Source: Candidatus Latescibacterota bacterium
GTDB lineage: Bacteria; Latescibacterota; UBA2968; GCA-2709665
DNA length: 64,000 bases
Assembly: GCA_965219995.1 (NCBI GenBank)
Contig: CBDCOX010000002.1
Coordinates: 2,528,001-2,592,000, forward strand
Direction of reading: 5' to 3'
The notes beneath the pieces are model-generated. The model saw nothing but the letters and a program-made list of their open reading frames with translations, ran no database searches and was not told where the DNA came from. Position 1 is the first letter of the stretch. Each line of letters starts with the position of its first letter. A program made the translations under genes and the position numbers. Positions 39,664 to 49,951 of the stretch are shown here, one piece after another.

Positions 39664-42030
39664 ATGAGCCAGACTACCACAGCACCTGTATACCGGATGC
39701 CGCCGGAAGAAATCGCGGCGCTGCTGGACGCGCCGCGCGCACCGGACCTCAGCGTCGACCCCACCGGGCGATGGATCCTGATGCTCACGAAGCCGGGCCT
39801 GCCGCCCATATCCGAATTGGCACGTCCGGAATTGCGGCTGGCGGGACTGCGTATCGACCCCGAGGCCAACGGTCCGAGCCGTTCGGGGTATTATACGGGA
39901 ATGGCGCTGTTACGGATATCGGACGGCATGGAACGCCGCGTGAAGGGTCTGCCGAAAGACGTCCGCATCGGGCGCACGCGATGGGCGCCGGACGGAAGCC
40001 GTATTGCGTTTACGATGCGAGACAGTACGGGGATCCGGCTGTGGTGGGTCGGCGTGGACTCGAGTGAGGCGAGGCAGGTGTCCAATATCCGCTTGAACGG
40101 CGTTTTCGGCGTGCCCTTTGCCTGGATACCTTCGAAAACGGGGTGCTTCCGTTCTCTGGTCGTCCGGGCTGTTCCGGAGGACCGGGGTGAAGTTCCGGAG
40201 GCGCCGCCGTTTCCCGCGGGTCCCGAGATTCGGGAAAACACCGGGCAGTTGGCGCCGTCGCGCACCTGGCAGGATCTGTTGAAGGACGTACACGACGAAA
40301 CGCTCTTCGAATACTACGCGGCATCCAGGATTGTGATCCTGACCGAAGAAGGAAATGAACGGTTCATCGGACCACCGGGAGTCATTCGTCGGGCCGAGCC
40401 GGCGCCGGGCGGCGCCTACGTGCTGGTGGAGACCGTCCACCGGCCGTATTCGTACCTGGTGCCGCACGATCGATTCCCGGTTCGTGTTGAAGTATGGAAC
40501 CTGGACGGGCAAGTGATTCGCGAACTGGCCGATGCGCCCCTCGCGGAAAACGTGCCCATCGCGTTCGACGCCGTGCGCGAGGGTCCTCGCGCGTTCCGGT
40601 GGCGCAACGACGCCGACGCGACGGTGTGCTGGGTGGAGGCGCAGGATGGCGGCGACCCTTCCGTTGCGGCGGACGTGCGGGACCGCGTATACGCGCTTTC
40701 CGAGCCATTCGAGCGCGCACCTGCGACGTGCCAGTCTCTCGAGTTCCGGTACGCGGGGTTGACGTGGGGAGACGGCGAGACGGCGCTGGCGACCGAGCGC
40801 TGGTGGAAGACCCGCCGTACGAGGACCTGGCGGTTCGCCCCGGACGCGGATTCCGGCGTCCGTGAATTGCTTGTCGACCGTTCGTGGGAAGACCGTTACG
40901 CAGACCCCGGTACGCCGCTGTTGACGTCGAATAGCGCGGGGAGGAGGATATTGTTGACGAGCAACGGCGGCCGCCACCTCTTCCGGGCGGGCGGCGGGGC
41001 ATCGCCGGAGGGGGATTTCCCGTTCCTGGACCGGCTCGACCTGCAAACGAGCGCGACGGAGCGGCTGTGGCAATGCGAGCCCCCGTACTATGAGCAGCCC
41101 GTCAATCTGGTCGATGAAGCCGGAGGTCTGTTGCTGACGGTGCGCGAAGCGGCACAGAGCCCGCCGAACGTGTTTTTGCGGTCTCTGAAGACCGGCGCCG
41201 TTCGGCAGCTGACCGCGTTTCCCCACCCGGCGCCGCATCTGGCGGAGGTCAGAAAGGAGATCATCCGTTACCTGCGGGCGGACGGGACCGGCCTGAACGG
41301 CACCCTCTATCTGCCTCCGGGGTATTCCGATGAGCAGGGCCCGCTGCCTCTGCTGATCTGGGCATATCCCCGCGAGTTCAGGAGTGCCGATGCGGCCGCG
41401 CAGGTGAAAGGCTCTCCGTACAGATTCAACCACGTGGCCTGGACGTCGCCTCTGCCCTGGCTGACGCAGGGATACGCGGTTCTGGACGGACCCACCATGC
41501 CGATTGTGGGAGAAGACGGCGAGGAAGCCAACGACACCTACGTGACCCAGCTGGTATCCAGCGCGGAGGCGGCAGTCGAGGAAGTCGTCCGCCGGGGCGT
41601 TGCCGACCGCAACCGCATTGCGATCGGCGGGCATTCCTACGGCGGATTCATGGCGGCGAATCTTCTCGCACACAGCGATCTTTTCAAGGCGGGAATCGCC
41701 CGGAGCGGCGCATACAACCGTACGCTGACACCGTTCGGTTTTCAGTCGGAAGAGCGTACGTTGTGGCAGGCGCCGGACGTATATAACGCGATGTCCGCAT
41801 TTATGCATGCCGACAAAATCGAAGCGCCCCTGTTGTTGATCCACGGGCAGGCCGACAACAATTCCGGGACGTTCCCAATGCAAAGCGAGCGGCTCTACAA
41901 CGCGCTGAAGGGGCACGGCGCGACGACCCGCCTGGTGATGCTGCCCCACGAGAGCCACGGTTACAGCGCGCGAGAATCGGTGATGCATATGTTCTGGGAA
42001 ATGACGGAATGGCTCGCCCGTCACCTGTGA
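39664..42030 (+). CDS. S9 family prolyl oligopeptidase-like serine peptidase
   Basis: GGHSYGG, ARSGAYNRTLTPFGFQ, HGQADNN, LPHESH. Confidence 0.92.
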   Translation: MSQTTTAPVYRMPPEEIAALLDAPRAPDLSVDPTGRWILMLTKPGLPPISELARPELRLAGLRIDPEANGPSRSGYYTGMALLRISDGMERRVKGLPKDVRIGRTRWAPDGSRIAFTMRDSTGIRLWWVGVDSSEARQVSNIRLNGVFGVPFAWIPSKTGCFRSLVVRAVPEDRGEVPEAPPFPAGPEIRENTGQLAPSRTWQDLLKDVHDETLFEYYAASRIVILTEEGNERFIGPPGVIRRAEPAPGGAYVLVETVHRPYSYLVPHDRFPVRVEVWNLDGQVIRELADAPLAENVPIAFDAVREGPRAFRWRNDADATVCWVEAQDGGDPSVAADVRDRVYALSEPFERAPATCQSLEFRYAGLTWGDGETALATERWWKTRRTRTWRFAPDADSGVRELLVDRSWEDRYADPGTPLLTSNSAGRRILLTSNGGRHLFRAGGGASPEGDFPFLDRLDLQTSATERLWQCEPPYYEQPVNLVDEAGGLLLTVREAAQSPPNVFLRSLKTGAVRQLTAFPHPAPHLAEVRKEIIRYLRADGTGLNGTLYLPPGYSDEQGPLPLLIWAYPREFRSADAAAQVKGSPYRFNHVAWTSPLPWLTQGYAVLDGPTMPIVGEDGEEANDTYVTQLVSSAEAAVEEVVRRGVADRNRIAIGGHSYGGFMAANLLAHSDLFKAGIARSGAYNRTLTPFGFQSEERTLWQAPDVYNAMSAFMHADKIEAPLLLIHGQADNNSGTFPMQSERLYNALKGHGATTRLVMLPHESHGYSARESVMHMFWEMTEWLARHL

Positions 42031-42065
42031 GAGATCGCGGGAGAAACCGGAAAAGATCGGGGATT

Positions 42066-43481
42066 ATGACGGACCGAGTAAACACAGCGAGGGGATCAGT
42101 ATACCCGGACCGGGCGCCGGTCATCGATGAACTCCGGTCGCTACTTGGAGATCGGGTGAAGACAGACGTGGATATCCGGGAAGCCCACGCCGGGGACGCG
42201 TCATATCATACGCCGAGAATGCCGGATGCCGTGGTCTTTCCCGCCTGCAATGAGGAAGCGTCGAAGATCGTGGCACTCTGTGCGCGGAACCGGACACCCG
42301 TCGTGCCATACGGGACGGGGACGGCGGTCGAAGGCGGTATCGTCGCCGTCCAGGGCGGGGTGTGCATCGACTTGAGCCATATGAATCGAATCCTGAGGGT
42401 TGGCACAACGGACCTGGACGCAACGGTGGAAGCCGGTGTTACGAGAAAACAGCTTAACAGGCATCTTGCCGAAACAGGGACGGGACTGTACTTCCCGGTG
42501 GATCCAGGAGCGGACGCCTCGCTGGGTGGGATGGCCGCAACCCGGGCGTCGGGCAGCGCGGCGGTGGGATACGGGACGATGCGGGAAAACGTCCTGGGAC
42601 TGACGGCCGTCCTTGCCGACGGCAGCATCATTCACGCCGGCGGAAGGGCGAGGAAATCGTCGGCCGGTTACGATCTGACCCATCTGTTCGTCGGATCCGA
42701 GGGCACGCTGGGTGTCATTACCGAAGTGACGCTGAAACTGGCACGGGTTCCCGAGGCGGTATCCGCGGCGGTCTGTGCGTTTCCCGATATTTCGTCGGCG
42801 ATAAATGCAGTGATTGAAATGATGTCGGCGGGAATTGAAATGGCGCGGATCGAGCTTCTCGACGAGGTTCAGATGGGCGCAATCAACGCTTATTCGGGCT
42901 TTGACTACAGCGTGGCGCCAACCCTGTTTTTCGAGTTCCACGGTTCCGGTTCGTCCGTTGCCGAGCGCGTGGCCGCGGCGAGGCCGGTTGCGGACAGACA
43001 CGGCGGCGAAGATTTCCGATGGGCGACCGGACGAGAGGAACGCGACCGTCTCTGGCAGGCAAGGTACGACGCCTACTACGCGTCACGGACCATGCGGCCG
43101 GGTTCGGTTGGATATGTGACGGATGTGTGCGTTCCGGTTTCAGGACTTGCGGACTGCATCCTCAGAACCAAGGAAGAACTGGAGGAATCATCACTGATTG
43201 CCCCCCTGTTCGGACACGTTGGCGACGGGAACTTTCATGTCGTGTTTCTGATAGATCCCGATCGACCCGGCGAGCTTGCCGAAGCGCGACAATTCGGTGA
43301 GCGCATCGTTGAATTCGCCCTGGAAATGGGCGGAACATGCACCGGTGAACACGGCATCGGAATGGGTAAACTGGCGGCCCTGGAGCAGGAACATGGTAAC
43401 GGGGTGAAGGTCATGCGGGCAATCAAGAAGGCGCTTGACCCGCTCAACATTATGAATCCGGGAAAGGTCGTGAAGGCTTGA
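42066..43481 (+). CDS. FAD-linked oxidase (D-lactate dehydrogenase/GlcD family)
   Basis: FPVDPGADASLGGM, GSEGTLG, GHVGDGNFH, GEHGIG, MNPGK. Confidence 0.9.
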   Translation: MTDRVNTARGSVYPDRAPVIDELRSLLGDRVKTDVDIREAHAGDASYHTPRMPDAVVFPACNEEASKIVALCARNRTPVVPYGTGTAVEGGIVAVQGGVCIDLSHMNRILRVGTTDLDATVEAGVTRKQLNRHLAETGTGLYFPVDPGADASLGGMAATRASGSAAVGYGTMRENVLGLTAVLADGSIIHAGGRARKSSAGYDLTHLFVGSEGTLGVITEVTLKLARVPEAVSAAVCAFPDISSAINAVIEMMSAGIEMARIELLDEVQMGAINAYSGFDYSVAPTLFFEFHGSGSSVAERVAAARPVADRHGGEDFRWATGREERDRLWQARYDAYYASRTMRPGSVGYVTDVCVPVSGLADCILRTKEELEESSLIAPLFGHVGDGNFHVVFLIDPDRPGELAEARQFGERIVEFALEMGGTCTGEHGIGMGKLAALEQEHGNGVKVMRAIKKALDPLNIMNPGKVVKA

Positions 43482-43512
43482 GTTCGCAGGCACGTAACGA
43501 AATATCCGCGGT

Positions 43513-43533
43513 TGTGAATATTTATTCTTGACA
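43513..43533 (+). promoter_or_regulatory. ARG box overlapping a -35 TTGACA
   Basis: TGTGAATATTTATTCTTG matches the TGAAT-w4-ATTCA consensus, directly upstream of argR. Confidence 0.7.
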
Positions 43534-43590
43534 ACCGGTTATTTTTTGTTTTTATTCGAATATTACACCGGATTTTTGGAATAACATTCC

Positions 43591-44055
43591 ATGGGCGACA
43601 GACAGGAACGACATCGACGCATACTGGATGTGATCTCGTCCCGCGCCATCGGGACCCAGAGGGAGTTGAGCGACGCGCTCGCGGCGGTGGGAATATCCAC
43701 CACACAGTCCACGGTTTCAAAGGACCTGAAACAGCTCGGCATCGTAAAGTCGCCCGACGGCGCGGGAGGTCTTCGCTATCAGGCCCCTGCCGATGCGTCA
43801 ACTGCATATGAAAGCGGGTCGGATCTGCTCGCAAGGGAGTTGAGGGATTTCGTCGTCGAAACGGGCGGGGCGGGGCATACGCTGGTGTTGAAGACGATTA
43901 CCGGTCACGCGCAAGGCGTATGCGAAGCCATCGACCGGGCCGGATGGAGCGAAGTTGTGGGTACGATCGCGGGAGAGAATACAATATTCATCCTGTGCCA
44001 ATCCGTGGACAAGCGAGAGGTATTGAGGGAGCGGGTCCTTGAGATTTCTCAATGA
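43591..44055 (+). CDS. argR: Arginine repressor
   Basis: TQRELS, TQSTVSKDLKQLG, GTIAGENTIF. Confidence 0.93.
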   Translation: MGDRQERHRRILDVISSRAIGTQRELSDALAAVGISTTQSTVSKDLKQLGIVKSPDGAGGLRYQAPADASTAYESGSDLLARELRDFVVETGGAGHTLVLKTITGHAQGVCEAIDRAGWSEVVGTIAGENTIFILCQSVDKREVLRERVLEISQ

Positions 44056-44073
44056 CGTCGCCGGGGGATTCGC

Positions 44074-45018
44074 GTGGCTCTGAACATCGGCATTTTTGGC
44101 GATACCGGGATGGTCGGCCAGGAGATCGAACGCGTTCTGGCGCATCACGACCGTGCGGAAATCGTCTTTCGGCAGAATTCCAGGCGCCGGCAGGGGACCG
44201 TGGACGAGTGCGACCTGGTTTTCCTGGCGACAAAGGACCCGGAATCCATGCGGTACGCGCCCCAGGCACTGCAGGCGGGCGCAAGAGTCATCGATATGAG
44301 CGGCGCGTTCCGGTTGCCGCGGCGGCTGTTCGAAGCGGGCTACGGACTGGAACACCGTTCGCCGGAATTGCTCGAGGAGGCGGTTTACGGGATGCCCGCG
44401 CTGTTTTCCGACCGGATTGGCGGCGCACGGCTTGTCGGCAATCCGGGCTGCTATCCGACCAGCGTCATTCTGGCTCTGAAGCCGTTGACGGGCCTGCTGC
44501 AAGGGGAAGCGACGATCGTGGCGACGTCGGGAAATTCAGGGGCCCGGAGGGAGGTGGAACCGGAACCCGACGAAGTAACCTACAGTTTCGGCCGGCGACA
44601 CAAGCACGTGCCGGAGATGGAATATTACTCCGGGTTTCGCGTGAATTTCACGCCGGTCGTTCTGAGGTCGGTGTTCGCGGGTATCAATGCGAATATACGG
44701 ATCGAACTGGCCGACAGCCTGAAGTCGGTCCCCGCGCGTGAAACAGGCAAACGGCTGATTGAGGGCATCGCCTCCGCGTATACCGACGAAGACCTGGTCT
44801 GTCCCGTTGAGGACACCGATGACAAGCAATGGGGCACCCGCGACGTCGTAGGCACGCACCGGTTGGCGATCAAGGTGGGCGTGGACGACGGGTTCGCCTA
44901 TATCTGCGCGATGGAAGACAATCTGGGCAAGGGCGCAGCCAGCCAGGCGGTGGAAAACATGAACCTGATGTGCGGTCTTCCCAGACTCTATGGTATTGAC
45001 GGGGTCTACAGCACGTGA
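44074..45018 (+). CDS. argC: N-acetyl-gamma-glutamyl-phosphate reductase
   Basis: VIDMSGAFRL, GNPGCYPT, HKHVPE, DNLGKGAASQAVENMN. Confidence 0.92.
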   Translation: MALNIGIFGDTGMVGQEIERVLAHHDRAEIVFRQNSRRRQGTVDECDLVFLATKDPESMRYAPQALQAGARVIDMSGAFRLPRRLFEAGYGLEHRSPELLEEAVYGMPALFSDRIGGARLVGNPGCYPTSVILALKPLTGLLQGEATIVATSGNSGARREVEPEPDEVTYSFGRRHKHVPEMEYYSGFRVNFTPVVLRSVFAGINANIRIELADSLKSVPARETGKRLIEGIASAYTDEDLVCPVEDTDDKQWGTRDVVGTHRLAIKVGVDDGFAYICAMEDNLGKGAASQAVENMNLMCGLPRLYGIDGVYST

Positions 45019-45060
45019 TGCGCCGCGGGCTCAGGCCGTGCGGTATTGAAGGATTGTGCG

Positions 45061-45939
45061 ATGGAGCAGTTCATCCGGAAAGCCGCCACGCTGGTTGAGG
45101 CGTTTCCCTATATCCGGTCGTTTCGGGACAAGATCGTCGTTGTGAAATACGGGGGCAGCACACAGCCGGACGACGGCGGATCGGACACGATTCTGGCGGA
45201 CCTGGTCTTTATGGAAACGGTTGGGATGCGACCGGTGGTGGTGCACGGCGGCGGCAAGGAGATCAGCAGACGCCTGGATGACGCGGGACTGGAGTCGAAG
45301 TGGATCAACGGATTGCGGGTTACGGACGCGGATTCGATGCAGGTGGTTGAACACACACTGTTCGGCGTGGTCAACAGACGGATTGTCGAGGGAATCCGGT
45401 CGCTGGAGGGTTGCGCAATCGGGATGTCGGCGAAGGAAGCCGGCGTGATGCACGTCAGGAAACACGATGCGCGGGCAGCCCCCGATGGAAAGCCGGTGGA
45501 CATCGGGTTCGTGGGCGACGTACACCGGGTGAATCCGGAACCGGTCCGCCGGGCATGCCTGGAAGAGACGATTCCGGTGATCGCGCCGATCGGCCTCGGT
45601 CCCGACGGCAGGAGTTACAACGTGAACGCGGACACGGCCGCGGGAGAAATCGCACGGACGCTGGAGGCGGAGAAGCTGGTTTTCCTGACGGACGTCAATG
45701 GCATTCTGAGAGACAGCGCCGATCCGGAATCCAGAATTTCCACGTTGCACGTCGATGACGCGGTGAGCCTCATTCAGGACGGTACGGCAAAAGGAGGGAT
45801 GATTCCGAAGCTTCAGGCTTGTGTGCGTTCCGTGAGAGGGGGCGTGAAGAAGACCCATATCATCGACGGGCGGGTGCCCCACGCATTGCTGCTCGAAGTC
45901 TTTACGCGCGAGGGTATCGGTACCGAGATTGTTCAATGA
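45061..45939 (+). CDS. argB: Acetylglutamate kinase
   Basis: VVKYGGS, VHGGG, NGLRVTD, YNVNAD, GGMIPK. Confidence 0.95.
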   Translation: MEQFIRKAATLVEAFPYIRSFRDKIVVVKYGGSTQPDDGGSDTILADLVFMETVGMRPVVVHGGGKEISRRLDDAGLESKWINGLRVTDADSMQVVEHTLFGVVNRRIVEGIRSLEGCAIGMSAKEAGVMHVRKHDARAAPDGKPVDIGFVGDVHRVNPEPVRRACLEETIPVIAPIGLGPDGRSYNVNADTAAGEIARTLEAEKLVFLTDVNGILRDSADPESRISTLHVDDAVSLIQDGTAKGGMIPKLQACVRSVRGGVKKTHIIDGRVPHALLLEVFTREGIGTEIVQ

Positions 45940-45991
45940 AGCGGCGACGCGGTCCGGGTCGCACGCAGGAAACCCAACCAACCGGGAGTGG

Positions 45992-47191
45992 ATGATGGAT
46001 ACGAAAGCGATCATCGATCTGGAACGAAACTACATACTGCAGACGTACGGGCGGCCCGACTTCGTCCTGGAGCGGGGAGACGGGGTACACCTGTTCGACA
46101 CCGACGGGAACCGGTATCTGGATTTCGTGAGCGGGTTGTCCGTGAATGCGCTGGGATACAATAACCCGATCATCGGCGATGCGATGGCCGCGCAGGCGAA
46201 GAAGCTGATCCACGTTTCGAACCTGTACCATACGATCCCCGCGCCCCGGCTGGCAAAATTGCTCTGCGAGCGTTCATTCGCGGACCGTGTGTTCTTTTGC
46301 AACAGCGGCACCGAGTCCTGGGAAGCCGCGCTGAAGTTTGCGAGAAAGTGGGGGTACAGGAATTTCGAGGATCGCGCGAAGCACAAGTTCATTGCGATGA
46401 ACAACTCGTTTCACGGACGCACGATGGGGTCGGTTTCCACGACCGGCCAGCCGAAGTACCACAAGGGTTTCGGACCCATGTTGCCCGGAATCTCGTTCGC
46501 GGAATTCAACGATCTCGAATCGGTGGAGCGGCTCGTGGACGCGGAGACGGTGGCGGTACTCCTGGAGCCCCTGCAGGCGGAGGGCGGCATTCATACGGCG
46601 GATCCGGAATTTCTCGAAGGGCTTCGGCAGTTGTGCGACGAGATGAAGATGCTGCTGGTGTTCGATGAAATCCAGTCCGGTCTCTGCCGGACAGGCGCCC
46701 TGTTCTGTTACGAACACTATGGCGTGTCGCCGGACATCATGACGCTGGCCAAGCCCCTGGCCGGGGGCCTGCCGATTGGCGCGACCCTGATGAGCCAGGC
46801 CGTTGCCGATGCCGTGGAGGCCAGCGACCATGCGGCCACGTTCGGGGCGCATCCGGTCAGCTGCGCCGTGGGCATCGAGGTCTTCAAGCAGCTCTCCGAA
46901 CCGGGATTCATCGCGGCCGTAAGGGCGAAGGGCGACCATCTGACCAGCCGGCTGAACGCGCTTGAGGAAAAGTACCCCGATAAGATCAACGAGGTCCGCG
47001 GCAGGGGGTTGATCGCGGGTGCGGTGCTGGCCGACACTCCGGCCGCGGACGTGATGGGCGCCTTTCGGGAAAAGGGGATCCTGGTTTGCGTCGCCGGACC
47101 GGACGTGGTGCGCTTCCTGCCGCCCCTGGTGATCGAACAGGCGGATATCGATCAGGTCATGGACGCGTTCGATGAAATCCTGAAGGGATAG
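45992..47191 (+). CDS. argD: Acetylornithine aminotransferase
   Basis: FFCNSGTE, FHGRT, FDEIQSGLCRTG, TLAKPLAGG. Confidence 0.93.
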   Translation: MMDTKAIIDLERNYILQTYGRPDFVLERGDGVHLFDTDGNRYLDFVSGLSVNALGYNNPIIGDAMAAQAKKLIHVSNLYHTIPAPRLAKLLCERSFADRVFFCNSGTESWEAALKFARKWGYRNFEDRAKHKFIAMNNSFHGRTMGSVSTTGQPKYHKGFGPMLPGISFAEFNDLESVERLVDAETVAVLLEPLQAEGGIHTADPEFLEGLRQLCDEMKMLLVFDEIQSGLCRTGALFCYEHYGVSPDIMTLAKPLAGGLPIGATLMSQAVADAVEASDHAATFGAHPVSCAVGIEVFKQLSEPGFIAAVRAKGDHLTSRLNALEEKYPDKINEVRGRGLIAGAVLADTPAADVMGAFREKGILVCVAGPDVVRFLPPLVIEQADIDQVMDAFDEILKG

Positions 47192-47229
47192 GAACCCGGC
47201 CGAAAGTCGAAGGGAAAGGAGTACGCGGG

Positions 47230-48483
47230 ATGAAAGTGGCGGATATTCGGGGAAAGCGGATTGCGCTGGCGGCCTCGGGCGGGCTCGACAGTTGCACGGT
47301 CACGCGCTGGCTGGCCGACCAGGGGGTGGAGGTGGTCGGCATCACCGCAGACATCGGACAGCCGGACGAGGACGACATCGCGGATATCGGACGGCGAATG
47401 CTGGACTGCGGGGCCGTGGAATCGGTTATTCTGGATCTGAAGGCGGAACTGGCCCGGGAAGCGATCACCATGCTTCTTGCCAACGCCGTTTATGAAGGCG
47501 GATACTGGAATACCACGGGGCTTGCCCGACACGTGACCGCGCAGGGCATTCTCAACGAGATGCAGGCGCGGGCCATCGACGTGCTCGCGCACGGAGCCAC
47601 GGGCCGCGGGAACGATCAGGTGCGTTTCCAGCTGGTCGCCAATATGCTCTCGCCCACCGTCAAGGTGTACGCACCCTGGCGGGACGACGCCTTCCTGGAA
47701 CATTTCGGCGGGCGCAGGGAGATGATCGCTTACTGCCAGGCCCGGAACCTGCCGATTACCGCCACGCAGGACAAGCCGTATTCGACGGATGCGAATCTGT
47801 TGGGATTGACCCATGAGGCGGGCAGACTCGAATATCTCGACGTGGGGGCGGATTTCATCGAGCCGGGAATGGGCGTTTTCCCCGCGGACGCGCCAGACCG
47901 CCCGGAGACGTTCTCCGTGACGCTGGAAGCGGGGCGTCCGGTCCTCGTGAACGGGGAGCCCGTGGATGCCGTCTCCGCGATCGCCACGGCCAACGACGTT
48001 GGCGGGCGTCACGGCGTGGGCATCGGCATCCACACGGTCGAGAACCGCTTCGTGGGCATAAAATCCAGAGGGGTGTACGAGAGTCCGGGGCTCGCACTGC
48101 TTGGCGCGTGCTACCAGTTTCTGCTGCAGCAGGTGCTGGACCGGAGGGCGCGGCGATTCTACGATTCGCTTTCCTCGGTGCTTGCCGAGCAGATCTATCA
48201 GGGATACTATTTCGACCTGTCGTCGCAGATGATTCGCGGCGCTCTGTCGCCCGTTCGGAAGCTGGCCGAGGGTTCGGTGACTGTTTCGGTCTACAAGGGT
48301 ACGGTAACGTATCAATCCTCGGAAGCCGTGGCCCATTCGCTGTATTCGTCCGAACTGTCCTCGATGGAAGCGATCGGCGACTACGACCATCGGGATTCGG
48401 AGGGATTTCTGAACGTGCTGGGCGTGAGTGCGAAAGCGTTGAATGCTTCGCGCCAGGTGATTGAGGGAGTGTCGGAAGACTGA
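47230..48483 (+). CDS. argG: Argininosuccinate synthase
   Basis: ASGGLDS, HGATGRGNDQVRF, YSTDANL, ENRFVGIKSRGVYESP. Confidence 0.95.
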   Translation: MKVADIRGKRIALAASGGLDSCTVTRWLADQGVEVVGITADIGQPDEDDIADIGRRMLDCGAVESVILDLKAELAREAITMLLANAVYEGGYWNTTGLARHVTAQGILNEMQARAIDVLAHGATGRGNDQVRFQLVANMLSPTVKVYAPWRDDAFLEHFGGRREMIAYCQARNLPITATQDKPYSTDANLLGLTHEAGRLEYLDVGADFIEPGMGVFPADAPDRPETFSVTLEAGRPVLVNGEPVDAVSAIATANDVGGRHGVGIGIHTVENRFVGIKSRGVYESPGLALLGACYQFLLQQVLDRRARRFYDSLSSVLAEQIYQGYYFDLSSQMIRGALSPVRKLAEGSVTVSVYKGTVTYQSSEAVAHSLYSSELSSMEAIGDYDHRDSEGFLNVLGVSAKALNASRQVIEGVSED

Positions 48484-48544
48484 GAAACACACAGTCCGAG
48501 TCCTTTGATCATTTTGAGACCATGGCGGTTTGTTGGAGAATTCG

Positions 48545-49951
48545 ATGGACGGATCCCCAGAAAAACCCTGGTCGGGGCGGTTTGACAAGCCGTCGGACAG
48601 CAACATGGAGCAATTCAATGCGTCGATCGGGTTCGACCGGCGGCTGTACAGGGCGGACATCGCCGGAAGCCGGGCGCAGGCGAAAGCGCTCGCGAAGATC
48701 GGCGTCTTGACGTCTGAGGAACTGGAACGCATCCTGGACGGGTTGGACCAGGTGGAAACCGAGATTGCCGAAGACCGCCTTGAACTGACGGACCGTCTGG
48801 AAGACATCCACATGGCGGTCGAGGCGCGGCTGATCGAGATCGCGGGCGAGGTGGGCGGCAAGATTCATACGGGGCGCAGCCGGAACGATCAGGTGGCGCT
48901 GGCTGAGCGGTTGTATCTGCGGGAGGCGGCAGGGGATACCATTGCCGGTATCGACCGGTTGCAGGCCGTACTGGTGGACTTCGCCGCCAGGCACATCGAC
49001 GTCTTGATGCCGGGATATACACATCTGCAGCAGGCGCAGCCCGTGCGTCTGTCGCACTATGCCATGGCATTGTTCTGGATGCTGGAAAGAGACCGCGGAC
49101 GATTCGCGGCCTGCTCCAATCGGGCAGATGCCATGCCGCTCGGATCGGGCGCTCTCGCCGGAAGCGCCTTTCCGATCGACCGTGAATTCCTGGCATCGGA
49201 ACTGGGTTTCTCGCGGATAACCGAAAACAGTATCGACGCGGTGAGCGACCGCGACTATCTCCTGGAGTACATGTCCGGCGCGGCAATTCTCATGGGACAC
49301 CTGAGCCGGTTCTGCGAGGACCTGGTCGTGTGGTCATCGTCCGAGTTCGGGTTTATCGAACTCGACGACGCGTACAGCACCGGTTCGAGCATGATGCCGC
49401 AGAAGAAGAACCCGGATTCGCTGGAGTTGATCCGAGGAAAGACGGGGCGGGTGTTCGGCAATCTGATGTCGCTGTTGACGGTGATGAAAGGATTGTCCCT
49501 GACCTATTCGAAGGATCTGCAGGAGGACAAAGAGGCCTTCTTTGATACGGTCGATACGATCAATCAGTCGCTGGTGGTTTTTGCAGGCGCATGGGAAACC
49601 ATGACGGTGATGTCCGAGCGAATGCGCGAAACGCTCGACGGCACCGTCGTAGCGACGGATCTGGCGGATTACCTGGTGCGGAAGGGGCTGCCCTTTCGAG
49701 AGACTCACAGAATCGTGGGCGGGTTGGTCCGGAAGGCCCTGTCGCAGGGAACCCGCCTGGACGATCTGGACCTGCAGACGCTCCGGTCTGCGTGCGATTT
49801 GTTCGAGGCGGACGTTGCGGAGTCGCTCCGCATCGAGGATGGAATCGACCGCCGGGACCTGGAAGGCGGGACCGGCTACCGGGCCGTTCTGGCGCAGATC
49901 CGGGAGGGAAGGCGGAACCTTGACCTGAGACGCCGGGGAGCGCAAGGGTGA
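48545..49951 (+). CDS. argH: Argininosuccinate lyase
   Basis: WSGRF, HTGRSRNDQ, GSSMMPQKKNPD. Confidence 0.96.
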   Translation: MDGSPEKPWSGRFDKPSDSNMEQFNASIGFDRRLYRADIAGSRAQAKALAKIGVLTSEELERILDGLDQVETEIAEDRLELTDRLEDIHMAVEARLIEIAGEVGGKIHTGRSRNDQVALAERLYLREAAGDTIAGIDRLQAVLVDFAARHIDVLMPGYTHLQQAQPVRLSHYAMALFWMLERDRGRFAACSNRADAMPLGSGALAGSAFPIDREFLASELGFSRITENSIDAVSDRDYLLEYMSGAAILMGHLSRFCEDLVVWSSSEFGFIELDDAYSTGSSMMPQKKNPDSLELIRGKTGRVFGNLMSLLTVMKGLSLTYSKDLQEDKEAFFDTVDTINQSLVVFAGAWETMTVMSERMRETLDGTVVATDLADYLVRKGLPFRETHRIVGGLVRKALSQGTRLDDLDLQTLRSACDLFEADVAESLRIEDGIDRRDLEGGTGYRAVLAQIREGRRNLDLRRRGAQG

